Shown: in pieces, positions 10,869-20,167 of the stretch
How positions within the stretch are numbered: the first letter of the stretch is position 1
How the letters are laid out: every line of letters begins with the position of its first letter
Assembly: GCA_963669175.1 (NCBI GenBank)
Contig: OY769902.1
Location: 2,880,001 to 2,944,000, forward strand
Length of the DNA stretch: 64,000 bases
Direction: 5' to 3'
Source of the DNA: a bacterium
GTDB lineage: Bacteria; Electryoneota; Electryoneia; Electryoneales; Electryoneaceae
The notes under the pieces: generated by a model
The model's database searches: none
Seen by the model: only the letters and a program-made list of their open reading frames with translations
Told to the model about the DNA's origin: nothing
Made by a program: the position numbers and the translations under genes

Positions 10869-10897
10869 AAGGTACTACGGCTATCGTGATCTGTCAA
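10869..10897 (-). promoter_or_regulatory. Putative sigma70 promoter for the MBOAT-SGNH pair
   Basis: Minus strand TTGACA-N17-TACCTT, about 85 bp upstream of the start. Confidence 0.5.
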
Positions 10898-11083
10898 CGG
10901 AACAACATCACAAAGATTATTGAAAAGGATACCTCAGGATTTTGTAATCATAGGGAAATAACGGGCTTGCCGAGGTTGGTTTGGATCACAGGCAGGTAGC
11001 AATCAAGATTCAAAGCCTTGTATATTGGCGGAGAAGTTTTCCAACAGTCAAAAAGAACCGTTTATAGATGGGAGTGTTAAGGG

Positions 11084-12481
11084 ATGGAAGCGTTTGATTT
11101 TGCAGTCATTGGTGCTGGTCCTGGGGGATATGTTGCAGCGATTCGTGCAGCACAACTGGGCTTGAAAACCGTACTGATAGAGAAAAACGAACGTCTGGGC
11201 GGAACCTGCCTCAATATCGGCTGCATCCCGTCCAAGGCATTGCTGGAATCCAGCGAATGGTTTCATAACGCCAATCATGGGTTTGAAGCGCATGGCATTT
11301 CTGCAAAAGATGTTGCCATTGATATCAAGACCATGATGAACCGTAAGACGGAAGTTGTAAACACCCTGACCGACGGCATCGGTATGCTGATGAAGAAGAA
11401 CAAGGTCAAGGTGGTGCGAGGTACTGGAACCTTGAAGGGACAGGGGAAAGTTGAAGTTGATTCGGCTGACGGCAAAGAGGAATTCGAAGCGAAGACCATC
11501 GTATTGGCAATGGGTAGCATCCCGACCGAGTTGCCGTTTACAAAGTTTGACCATGACAAAATCATTGATTCCACCGATGCGCTTTCCATGGAAAAGGTTC
11601 CGAAAAAGCTGATCGTAATCGGCGCCGGCGCTATTGGTCTTGAAATGGGGAGTGTATGGGCGCGTCTGGGCAGTGAAGTAACGGTTGTGGAAATGCTGCC
11701 GCAGATTGTTCCTTTCGCGGATAAGCAGCTCGCCAAGATGCTCCAGCGTTCACTGCAGGATCTTGGTATCACCTTTAACCTGGAAGCGAAAGTGACCGGT
11801 GCGGAAGTCCTGAAAACCAAGGTCAAATTGAGCTTCGAGGACAAGAAAGGTGAGCAGCAGACCATCGAAGGCGACAAGGTGCTGGTCGCAGTAGGGCGTC
11901 GTCCCAATCCGCATACGGCAGGCATCAAGGAAGCCGGGGTTGAGCTGGACGAACGTGGTTTCATCAAAGTCGATGAACACTGGCAGACAAATCTTGAAGG
12001 CGTATACGCAATCGGCGACCTGATTCATGGCCCCATGCTGGCGCATAAGGCCGAAGATGAAGGCGTGGCGGTAGCGGAACTTGTCGCGGGAAAACCGGCG
12101 CATGTCAATTATGACGCCATTCCGAACGTGGTCTATACCGAACCCGAGTTGGCGGGTGTGGGTAAAACCGAAGACGAATGCAAGAAAGAAGGCATCAAGG
12201 TCAAGACCGGGAAGTTCTATTTCCGTGGTAACGGACGTGCGCTTGCATTGGGAATTACCGATGGCCTGGTGAAAGTTGTGGCTGATGCGGAGACCGATAC
12301 CCTGCTGGGAGTGGGCATTCTTGGACCTCGTGCTTCCGAGCTGATCGCAGAATCGGTTGCGGTGATGGAGTTCCACGGCAGCGCGGAAGATATCGCACGT
12401 ACCTGCCATGCCCATCCGACCCTGTCCGAAGCGGTCAAAGAAGCTGCGCTGGCGGTGGATAACCGGGCGATACACGGTTAA
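11084..12481 (+). CDS. lpdA: Dihydrolipoamide dehydrogenase E3
   Basis: Motifs GAGPGG, GGTCLNIGCIPSK, GAGAIG and HAHPTLSE. Confidence 0.97.
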   Translation: MEAFDFAVIGAGPGGYVAAIRAAQLGLKTVLIEKNERLGGTCLNIGCIPSKALLESSEWFHNANHGFEAHGISAKDVAIDIKTMMNRKTEVVNTLTDGIGMLMKKNKVKVVRGTGTLKGQGKVEVDSADGKEEFEAKTIVLAMGSIPTELPFTKFDHDKIIDSTDALSMEKVPKKLIVIGAGAIGLEMGSVWARLGSEVTVVEMLPQIVPFADKQLAKMLQRSLQDLGITFNLEAKVTGAEVLKTKVKLSFEDKKGEQQTIEGDKVLVAVGRRPNPHTAGIKEAGVELDERGFIKVDEHWQTNLEGVYAIGDLIHGPMLAHKAEDEGVAVAELVAGKPAHVNYDAIPNVVYTEPELAGVGKTEDECKKEGIKVKTGKFYFRGNGRALALGITDGLVKVVADAETDTLLGVGILGPRASELIAESVAVMEFHGSAEDIARTCHAHPTLSEAVKEAALAVDNRAIHG

Positions 12482-12735
12482 TCGAAGTGAAAAAAGTGAG
12501 CAGTGAAAAAAGTGAAAAAAAGCTGTTGAAGCTCGGCCACATGTGCGTCAATCGGCGTACATCTGGCCGGGCCATTAAAATATCATCTTATAATTCCTAA
12601 TTTCTGATTCCTGATTTATTGATTGAGGTTTTCATGGGCCGTGTGGCCCGGGTTCTTGCACCCGGGATTGCTTTTGAAGATGAATAAAGTAATGTACGTT
12701 TATCTATATAGTATATCTGAATTGTGTTGTAACCA

Positions 12736-12767
12736 ATTGTTAATTCTTAATTGTTAATTCTTAATTG
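12736..12767. repeat. Heptamer tandem repeat (AATTGTT/AATTCTT)
   Basis: Sequence aattgtt aattctt aattgtt aattctt aatt. Related short repeats lie at 12485-12520 and 12590-12620. Confidence 0.6.
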
Positions 12768-12775
12768 AGGAAGCC

Positions 12776-13225
12776 TTGGGCAGACGTGGCGAGGGTTGGT
12801 TCTTGGTACAACTGGTTATTTTCGCAGCCGTGCTGTGGGTGCCGGATATCTGGTCGGTGGATTTCCCCGGCTGGGTGCAGGTGATTGGCGGCTTGATCTT
12901 GCTGGATGGTGCGGTATTGGGAACTGCGGCGCTCATCTGCCTGGGACGCAACCTGACGCCATTCCCGAAACCACGTGAGAATGCAACCTTTATTCAGTCC
13001 TGCACCTATGGACTTGTCCGGCACCCGATCTATACCGCGATCATCGTGGCGACACTTGGTTTTTCGCTGGTGCGTGAGAGTTTGACCGGGTTGATCCTGA
13101 CCGTAATCATGTTTGTCTTTTTCGATCTGAAATCACGGAAAGAAGAGACCTGGCTGGTGGAAAAATTCCCGGAGTATGTGAACTACCGGAAACGTGTGGC
13201 CAGGTTGATTCCCTGGGTATACTGA
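12776..13225 (+). CDS. Isoprenylcysteine carboxyl methyltransferase (PEMT/ICMT) family membrane protein
   Basis: Motifs YGLVRHPIY, KSRKEE and EYVNYRKRV...IPW; several TM helices. Confidence 0.85.
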   Translation: MGRRGEGWFLVQLVIFAAVLWVPDIWSVDFPGWVQVIGGLILLDGAVLGTAALICLGRNLTPFPKPRENATFIQSCTYGLVRHPIYTAIIVATLGFSLVRESLTGLILTVIMFVFFDLKSRKEETWLVEKFPEYVNYRKRVARLIPWVY

Positions 13226-13307
13226 TTGACATGATGAAGGATAGAGGTGTACGCAAAAGTGGCCCGGCATCTCTGCTATAGTGAAGGCGGCGTGTATTAC
13301 AAAAAAC

Positions 13308-13503
13308 ACTCTCATTCCAGCGAAGGCTGGGATCCAGTCATGTTGCTATATTACAAGAAGTTAATTGTTGTCGAGAAGCACGGTTCATTGAGAGTCGCAT
13401 AAGTGCCCAGCTTAATACTATTTCGACACTTGCCTGGATCCCAGCCTTCGCTGGGATGAGAGCATCAGTGATTCTGCGACAGTCTGCTCTGCTGGGATGA
13501 GAG
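13308..13503. repeat. REP doublet, family B (CATCCCAGCGAAGGCTGGGATCCA ... TGGATCCCAGCCTTCGCTGGGATGAG)
   Basis: Inverted pair of palindromes. The spacer is homologous to the 165-bp unit at 22638-23110. Confidence 0.8.
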
Positions 13504-13633
13504 AATGCCGATTCTGCGATAGCATGGAGAGCAGGGTTTTCGTTGTTATTCGGGAATTACTTAGAAGCATGGAATAGCCTGTAGGAAATCCGAAAGAGAA
13601 TCAGCAGTTTTTGACCGGCGCTCACGAGGGGGA

Positions 13634-14077
13634 GTGGTTGTGAAGAAATACTACTGGATGATGAAGGTGCAGGGCGTACTGCATTTTCTGCTCGCTGTTT
13701 TCCACGTTCAGTTCTGGTGGTTGTTTGAGTGGGAGAAAGACCTGCAGAACCTCACCGCGATGAACCGCAATAACGTGCAACTTCTGAACGCCGGCATGGT
13801 GGTCATGTTGTTGCTGATTGCGCTTGCCTGCCTGAGAAACACGGGCGAATTGATCACAACTCGGCTTGGCTTTGACATGCTGGTTATGATCACCCTGTTT
13901 TATCTCGTTCGCTGGGTTGGTGAATTCTTCTTCCTCGATGAAGTCAATCTGATTACCTACTTGTTCGGCGGAGTGTTTGCCCTGATGGCGGTCAGTTTCT
14001 TCTGGGCCGCGATGGGCAACCTTTCCTTCCGAAAGCAGATGAAAAAACTGGAAGGTTTAAAGGATCACAAGCGATGA
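13634..14077 (+). CDS. Hypothetical four-TM membrane protein
   Basis: RBS GAGGGGGAG, four hydrophobic segments, ATGA overlap with rbsK. Confidence 0.75.
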   Translation: MVVKKYYWMMKVQGVLHFLLAVFHVQFWWLFEWEKDLQNLTAMNRNNVQLLNAGMVVMLLLIALACLRNTGELITTRLGFDMLVMITLFYLVRWVGEFFFLDEVNLITYLFGGVFALMAVSFFWAAMGNLSFRKQMKKLEGLKDHKR

Positions 14078-15063
14078 TGTCTGAAGCCTCGGCTGCGAAT
14101 AGCTTGCCGCAAAGTGTGATAGAAAGACTGCAACGGAATCCGGACAAACCCGGACGCGTTCTGGTTCTCGGCGCGGCCGTATTGGATCGCTTGTTTTATG
14201 TCGAGAAGCTCCCGGTAGCGGGGGAGACTGCCATGTCGGACCGGATGAAAATCCTGCCCGGCGGGAAGGGCGCGAACCAGGCGCTTACGGCACGAAAAAT
14301 GGGCGCTGAAGTACGCTTTCTGTCGGCTGTGGGCGAGGATGAAGCAGCGGATTTCGTATTACAGCCATTGATTGATGCCGGAATCGATGTGTCGGGAGTG
14401 AAGCGTGTCCGTGGTGTGCATACAGCCGAAACCGTTATTTCGGTTGATACGAAAGGCGAAAACCATGTGACTTCCTGCCCCGGCGCGTATCATCGCCTTG
14501 ATCCATCCTATATAGCGTCCCAGCGGTCAGCTTTTGAATGGGCGGATTATTTCCTGGTGCAGAATGAGCTGCCACGCCCCACTGTTCTGGCTGCGATTCA
14601 ACTCGCGCTGCAACTGAAGAAAATAATCATATTCAATCCTTCGCCATTCAGGAAAAATCAGCCAGCCCCGCCAAAGGGAATCCGTGTGATGGTGCCCAAT
14701 GAACTGGAAGCGGCGGGACTGCTTGGTGTGGATGCCTATGAGGAGATCCCGGTTGATGAACGCTGGCAACAGTGGCAGACGTTTGGCGTATCGTGTGTGG
14801 TGATCACAAAAGGCAGCCATGGAGGCGAGTGGTTCGATCAGGACGGAAACCGCTATGTGGAGCCGGGAAGGTCGGTCAATGCGATTGACACAGTTGGAGC
14901 CGGGGATACGTTTGCCGGAACTTTGACTGCGCTACTTGCTGAAGGGATTGACATCGCCCACGCAATCAAGCTGGCGCATCGTGCGGCGGAACTGTCTGTG
15001 ACGGTTCGCGGGGCACAAGAAGGGATTCCCACCAGAGAACAAGTTGCGAAAGCTTTTTCATAA
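14074..15063 (+). CDS. rbsK: Ribokinase (PfkB family)
   Basis: Motifs GGKGANQA, QNE, NPSP, PNELEA and DTVGAGDTF. Confidence 0.88.
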   Translation: MMSEASAANSLPQSVIERLQRNPDKPGRVLVLGAAVLDRLFYVEKLPVAGETAMSDRMKILPGGKGANQALTARKMGAEVRFLSAVGEDEAADFVLQPLIDAGIDVSGVKRVRGVHTAETVISVDTKGENHVTSCPGAYHRLDPSYIASQRSAFEWADYFLVQNELPRPTVLAAIQLALQLKKIIIFNPSPFRKNQPAPPKGIRVMVPNELEAAGLLGVDAYEEIPVDERWQQWQTFGVSCVVITKGSHGGEWFDQDGNRYVEPGRSVNAIDTVGAGDTFAGTLTALLAEGIDIAHAIKLAHRAAELSVTVRGAQEGIPTREQVAKAFS

Positions 15064-15221
15064 TATTGAGTTGGAAGCCAACTACCTTACATATGGTAGC
15101 CATATATTATGGCCTGGTACATTATCACCTTTCAGTTTTTATGGCGATTCCTATTATTTGTTCGATATATGGTCATGTGTTATATCAGCGAAAGATCCAC
15201 TATATAGTTGGAAAAAAGGAT

Positions 15222-15446
15222 ATGGAAAAAGGGGACTGCCTCCTTTCCCTGGGGTAAAGCCTTCCCGTTGTGAACATGAACCGGGAAAGGTGGCTGTACC
15301 CTTTTCTTGAGGGCAGGCAGGAATTATACGGAAAAGGGGACAGTTTCCTGTTCCATGAATGCTTCAAGCGTATTCCGCATGAGTGCGAGGAAAAGGATCC
15401 CGTCCCCTTTTCCCGGCAATCTCTATTTTGACGGAAATAAATCGAG
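15222..15446. mobile_element. MITE-like repeat family A copy 2 (inverted); its terminal repeat is split by the IS110 element
   Basis: Reverse-complement match to 3484-3712. The end ...ATCGAG resumes as AACAACTATA at 16819. Confidence 0.75.
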
Positions 15447-15533
15447 TTCCTATGTTAAACGACAGGCGCATCAAGTCGTGTTGGAACTGCTATCTTAGCA
15501 GTATTCCATTTTTCCAACACAAGGAGAAGCGCC

Positions 15534-16595
15534 ATGTCGAAGAACCAAGTTATTGCAGCGGACCGTTCATTGTCTATAGGTCTGGATGTTGATTCGCAGA
15601 CTTCTTTCGCCGTTGTGCTCGACACCCAGACTGGTGAAGTGCTCTTTGAGAATCGGATCAAGCATGACTCAGCCGCTTGGGAACGCTTCTTTGCCCGTTT
15701 TCCCAACTGCCGCATGTGGGCGTGTTATGAAGCGGGCCTCACCGGCTTTGGCCTCTGTCGTTACCTGATCGGCCAAGGTGTTGACTGCCAGATCGCGCCG
15801 CCCAGCCAAGTTCCCAAAGGGGCGCAAGCGAAGCAGCAGAAGACCGATCATCTGGATGCCCTTACCTTGGCCCACATGTTCTGGACACCACCTCGTACCT
15901 GGGTACATGTCCCCACAGAACAGGAAGAGGCGGATCGTCAGTTGTCTCGCACCCGTGACCAGGTGATGAATGATCGCGTTCGGGTCAAAAACCGAATCAA
16001 GAGTCTGCTATTGTTTCACGGTTTACAGTCACCGTTTCCGCCGCAACGCTATTGGACAAAGGAATACCGGCGCTGGTTGCGAACGTGTGATTGTCTGGCC
16101 GCGACACGGATAGCCATTGATGTTGCTCTCGATGAGCTGGAGGCCATTGAACAGCAACTCAAGGTGATCACCAAAGCGATCAAGGCGATGAATGCGTCCG
16201 CAACGTATCGGGACCGTACCCAGCGCCTGCGCCAGGTGAAGGGAGTGGGCGAGTTGACCGTGAACGCCTTCGTGACCGAGATGTATCGTCCCGAACGCTT
16301 CGCATCCGGTAAGCAAGTCGGCGCACATCTTGGCTTGACGCCGTGTGAATGGTCAAGCGCCAACACACGCCATATGGGACACATTACCCACTGGGGACCG
16401 TCCCATCTACGAAAACTATTGGTCGAAGCTGCGTGGCGTTGGGTGCAAAAAGATCCGTATGCAAAGAAGAAATACGATGCGATCCATGCCGGGAAAACAC
16501 GGAAAGTGGCGATCGTCGCCATGGCACGAAAACTAGCCGTGATACTGTGGGCCATGCTGGTCAAAGAACAAGACTACAATCCTGCCTGCGTATAA
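15534..16595 (+). CDS. IS110-family recombinase/transposase
   Basis: RuvC-like DEDD residues (GLDVD, CYEAG, KTDHLD), GVGELT, GLTP..WSS, VAMARKL; RBS AAGGAG. Confidence 0.95.
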   Translation: MSKNQVIAADRSLSIGLDVDSQTSFAVVLDTQTGEVLFENRIKHDSAAWERFFARFPNCRMWACYEAGLTGFGLCRYLIGQGVDCQIAPPSQVPKGAQAKQQKTDHLDALTLAHMFWTPPRTWVHVPTEQEEADRQLSRTRDQVMNDRVRVKNRIKSLLLFHGLQSPFPPQRYWTKEYRRWLRTCDCLAATRIAIDVALDELEAIEQQLKVITKAIKAMNASATYRDRTQRLRQVKGVGELTVNAFVTEMYRPERFASGKQVGAHLGLTPCEWSSANTRHMGHITHWGPSHLRKLLVEAAWRWVQKDPYAKKKYDAIHAGKTRKVAIVAMARKLAVILWAMLVKEQDYNPACV

Positions 16596-16634
16596 CCCCA
16601 GCACTGCTGGCAGGTAGGTAAAGCATAGATTGTG

Positions 16635-16785
16635 ATTGAATCGTCCGATGCCATTGGGAACACGCGACCCTGGTAGTTATTCTGTTGCTTGACAACGATT
16701 CGAGTTTAGGGCGCCGCTGTTCCGTGCGAACAAAAAACTTGTGCCACGAGCACGAATAGCAGAACGGCACATGGGACGATACAAA
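16635..16785 (+). ncRNA. Predicted bridge/seek RNA of the IS110 element
   Basis: Outer stem ATCGTCC/GGACGAT. Target loop TAGTTATTCT-hairpin-TCGAG. Donor loop AACT-hairpin-ATAGCAG. Guides match the flanks and the circle junction. Confidence 0.75.
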
Positions 16786-16870
16786 GGCTCTTTACACCCT
16801 TGACTGTTTACATAGCAGAACAACTATAACTTTCTAACTTAACAACTACACAAGCTTTTTAGAGATTACC

Positions 16871-19123
16871 ATGATCACTATAGCCAAGCAAGTCGCCTTA
16901 CCAACCCTGAAGCGAGCGACCCAGGATGCCCCGCATCTGGTGGGACTCCTGTTCGAGCAGGATATCCCTGTTTTACCAGATCCTGACGAGTTTAGACTGG
17001 TATCCGTCGGCCCCCCCAAGCGTATTATCCGGCAATCACCGCGACGGATCGCGCTCGAATTTGAGCCGTTAAAACGATCTCGCACATACAAAATCAAGCT
17101 TCCTGACGGGAAAACCTATCCCTTGCTGCCGGACGGCTTGCTGGATCGCATGGTGTCCGATAAACCGTTTGGACTGACCTGGACCCGAACCGGCGCGATT
17201 CTTCGGCTCTACGCACCACGCGCACGCCGTGTAACCGCACTGTTCTACACCCACCCCGGTGAGAAACCGGCAGAAGAACTTGACCTCGAGTTCAATGAAA
17301 CGGACAACACCTGGGAAGTTGAAACGCAGTTCTTCGCCAATCCGAACCAGCGCTATTATTATGGGTATCGTGTGCTCGGCCCGGTAGGAGATGCGGATAT
17401 TTCACGGACTATTTTCGCCGATCCCTACAGTTGGGCGGTGTGTAAACGGAACAGTTGGCGACGGGAATCGCTGACCGTGGTGATGCCACGATGGGTGTAC
17501 GAACGTCAACCTGCGGCAGGCCATGTTATCATACCGCCACGCGACCTGGTGATCTATGAAAGTCATGTAAAAGACTTCAGTGTTCTGGCCGAAAGTGTGC
17601 ATCAGGATTTTCGAGGCACGTATCCCGGTGCAGTGTATGATGCCGCCGGTGCGCCCATACGCCACATCAGGGAGCTTGGCATTACGGCAATTGAATGGCT
17701 GCCGCTAGCCGATTATGACTTCTATGAATTTCCTTACAATGTGCCAGATTTGCCTGTTCTTAACACGTGGAACCCCTTTGAACGGAACCACTGGGGCTAC
17801 ATGCCGGCGTACTGGTTTGCCCCGGAGGCACGCTATGCTACCGGGCAATCCACGCAGGATGGCGACTGGATTGGTGTGGATGGCCGCCAGGTACTCGAGC
17901 TGCGGGAGATGATCCGGAAACTGCATGAGGCCGGAATTGCCGTACTCGTAGATGTGGTGTACAACCATGTCGCCCAGTACGGCCAGAACCCGATTCGCCA
18001 GGTAGATCCGTTCTACAGCCTGCGTCACTCGAAAACCGGGAGGCGTGTCGGTGATTCCGGGTGCGGGAATGATCTGGCCACCGAACGTCCCATGATGCGA
18101 CGACTGATTGTAGAATCCTTAAAGCACTGGGTGAGGTTTTACGGTGTTGACGGATTCCGTTTTGACCTGGCCGGCCTGATTGATGAAGGCACACTTGACG
18201 CTATCACTGTCGAGCTGAAAAAGGAATTACCCCAGATACATCTGATCGCCGAACCCTGGGGCGGTTATTACGATAAGCAGCGTTTCTCCAAACGTGACTG
18301 GGCGTCCTGGAATGACCTGTTCCGCGATGGCATCAAGGGCTGGGAACCGGGGAAAGTGGATGCCTTCCTGTTCGGGAAGTGGCGTAGCGGTGAGAATGAG
18401 AAAACATTGGTTCGACACGCCAGCGGGAACCTGTGGAAAGACGGCGGCCCGTTCAAACGTGAGACGCATACGGTAAACTTCCTTGCCTGCCATGATGGTT
18501 ATACCCTCGGTGACTATGTCCGCCTGGCGGGGGACTGGCTGAAAGACGTGAAACCGAAAGAGCGCGAGGACTGTTACCGGCTTCCTGAGAAAGACTGGCG
18601 TCGAATCCGGTTGGGACTCTTTGTGCTCCTGACCAGTCGTGGCCCGGCCATGATTCACCAGGGCGATGAATGGGGATTCGCAAAATGGGTGGATGCCGAT
18701 GAGGTCAGCGGGCTGAAAGAAGGCAAACTCGACCACGACAGCTATAACAAGGATACCCGCACCAACTGGTTGGATTGGGACTGGCGAGGGCGAAAACATT
18801 GCAAGACATTATATGAGTATACACAGGGATTGATCGCACTGCGGAAACATTACCCGGCGTTACGTATCGCAAGGCGTGATGATGTGGATGTGATGGCCTC
18901 GCCGCTGGAATTCGCGTTTGGTTACAGGCTCAAGGTGGGACGTGATGACCTGATGATCCTGATGAACGGTGACCAGAAAAAAGAGGCCGTCTTCAACCTG
19001 CCTCGTGGACGCTGGCTATTGCTGGCCAATCATCATCGTGTTGCGGTTCCGGATGGAATGCAGGTGGTTGAAGAAAGTGTCAGTGTTCCGTCCGTTGCTG
19101 GGGTAGTACTGTTGAAAATGTGA
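16871..19123 (+). CDS. GH13 glycogen-debranching enzyme / type I pullulanase-like
   Basis: CBM48-like RLYAPRA; motifs ADPYS, IYESHVKDF, NHWGY, DVVYNH, GFRFDLAG, AEPW and CHDG. Confidence 0.88.
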   Translation: MITIAKQVALPTLKRATQDAPHLVGLLFEQDIPVLPDPDEFRLVSVGPPKRIIRQSPRRIALEFEPLKRSRTYKIKLPDGKTYPLLPDGLLDRMVSDKPFGLTWTRTGAILRLYAPRARRVTALFYTHPGEKPAEELDLEFNETDNTWEVETQFFANPNQRYYYGYRVLGPVGDADISRTIFADPYSWAVCKRNSWRRESLTVVMPRWVYERQPAAGHVIIPPRDLVIYESHVKDFSVLAESVHQDFRGTYPGAVYDAAGAPIRHIRELGITAIEWLPLADYDFYEFPYNVPDLPVLNTWNPFERNHWGYMPAYWFAPEARYATGQSTQDGDWIGVDGRQVLELREMIRKLHEAGIAVLVDVVYNHVAQYGQNPIRQVDPFYSLRHSKTGRRVGDSGCGNDLATERPMMRRLIVESLKHWVRFYGVDGFRFDLAGLIDEGTLDAITVELKKELPQIHLIAEPWGGYYDKQRFSKRDWASWNDLFRDGIKGWEPGKVDAFLFGKWRSGENEKTLVRHASGNLWKDGGPFKRETHTVNFLACHDGYTLGDYVRLAGDWLKDVKPKEREDCYRLPEKDWRRIRLGLFVLLTSRGPAMIHQGDEWGFAKWVDADEVSGLKEGKLDHDSYNKDTRTNWLDWDWRGRKHCKTLYEYTQGLIALRKHYPALRIARRDDVDVMASPLEFAFGYRLKVGRDDLMILMNGDQKKEAVFNLPRGRWLLLANHHRVAVPDGMQVVEESVSVPSVAGVVLLKM

Positions 19124-19316
19124 TAGATAGCTATTCACACAAGAAAACCGTTATTTTATGATGCAATGACAGGTTCACAGTCTAAAGGAAATGGGATAAG
19201 GGAATTGCCTCAACCAGGCAAAACCAAAATGCCTTCCCCGACCGGGGATCTCGACCCGTTCTATGACGATCTTTAAAGAAGCGGGATGGTGCCATAACAG
19301 CGCAGGAGGGATAAGA

Positions 19317-19781
19317 GTGATTCGAGTAGCTATCGTCTACGATCACCTGGTGGTCCAGGAAGGACTACGCAAGATTATTGATGATAGCGAGGATATGAGC
19401 GCTGTCCTCGTGGCCGATACCTACCGTGAACTGCTGTCCTATATGAAGATGAATCCTGTTGATGTTGCCCTGATCAACGAGATGGATGCCGATTTCCCCG
19501 TCTTCTATTTCTTCAAGAAACTGATGGATATCCCCAACCTGTGCCGGATTATTGTTTTCGCGCAACGGGATGAAATTCAGAGTCATGGGGACGAAGATGT
19601 ATATGGCGTCTATAAGAAAAAAATGGGATTGGACTGGGAAGAACGTATCCTTGAATGGGAAGAGAAAGAAGCGGATATGCTTGACGCCGGTGCGGATGCC
19701 CTGTTTGAATTGTCCGAACCTGATCCCGATACCCTGCTGGCCCTGATCCGGAATGTGGTAATCCGACCGTATGATGCCTGA
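19317..19781 (+). CDS. Atypical stand-alone receiver-domain protein (NarL-like REC, no phospho-Asp)
   Basis: IRVAIVYDHLVVQEGL resembles the NarL N-terminus. DVALINE has Asn where Asp is expected. GTG start after AGGAGG. Confidence 0.65.
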   Translation: MIRVAIVYDHLVVQEGLRKIIDDSEDMSAVLVADTYRELLSYMKMNPVDVALINEMDADFPVFYFFKKLMDIPNLCRIIVFAQRDEIQSHGDEDVYGVYKKKMGLDWEERILEWEEKEADMLDAGADALFELSEPDPDTLLALIRNVVIRPYDA

Positions 19782-19842
19782 CCTTTCTCCGTGTTTTTCA
19801 TTTCGACCTGGTTTCCAGGATTACGTGATGGTCGGATTCGGC

Positions 19843-20083
19843 GAAAAATCGGACTGTTACCTTTTCATGATAGCAGATGCAAAATTGTGAGACACCTGTT
19901 GGTGAAAAGGTAACTGTACCAGATTTCTCGCCTGCTTCAGTACGATGCGTCGAGCGGGAAAATGCTGGGACAGCCACCTTTTCGCAACGTGTTTTTCCTG
20001 AAGTTCGTATTGAGCGCACAATTCAAGCGTGCTCAACAATCATCGCCACTCAAGCAAGCGAAAAGAGTGGCAGTCCCCATTTC
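19843..20083. repeat. Cluster of GGGACAG/CTGT.CC-type REP-like motifs
   Basis: Motifs GGACTGTTACCTTTTC, GAAAAGGTAACTGTACC, GGGACAGCCACCTTTT and GGCAGTCCCCATTT. The same motifs occur at 36716-36875 and 37685-37708. Confidence 0.65.
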
Positions 20084-20167
20084 CCATCAGCAAAACTATT
20101 CTTCAATCTATTGAGACATGTCAATTGATCCACCAGTGGAGCATAGCAGGTGCAATGCTCCACCAGA

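Larger units (their letters stand above)
15447..16818 (+). mobile_element. IS110-family (IS1111-type) insertion sequence, 1372 bp
   Basis: Core AG (CT on the bottom strand) at 15445-46 and 16817-18. Subterminal IRs CTATGTTAAAC / GTTTACATAG. Joining the ends creates TTGACT-N17-TATGTT. Confidence 0.85.
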
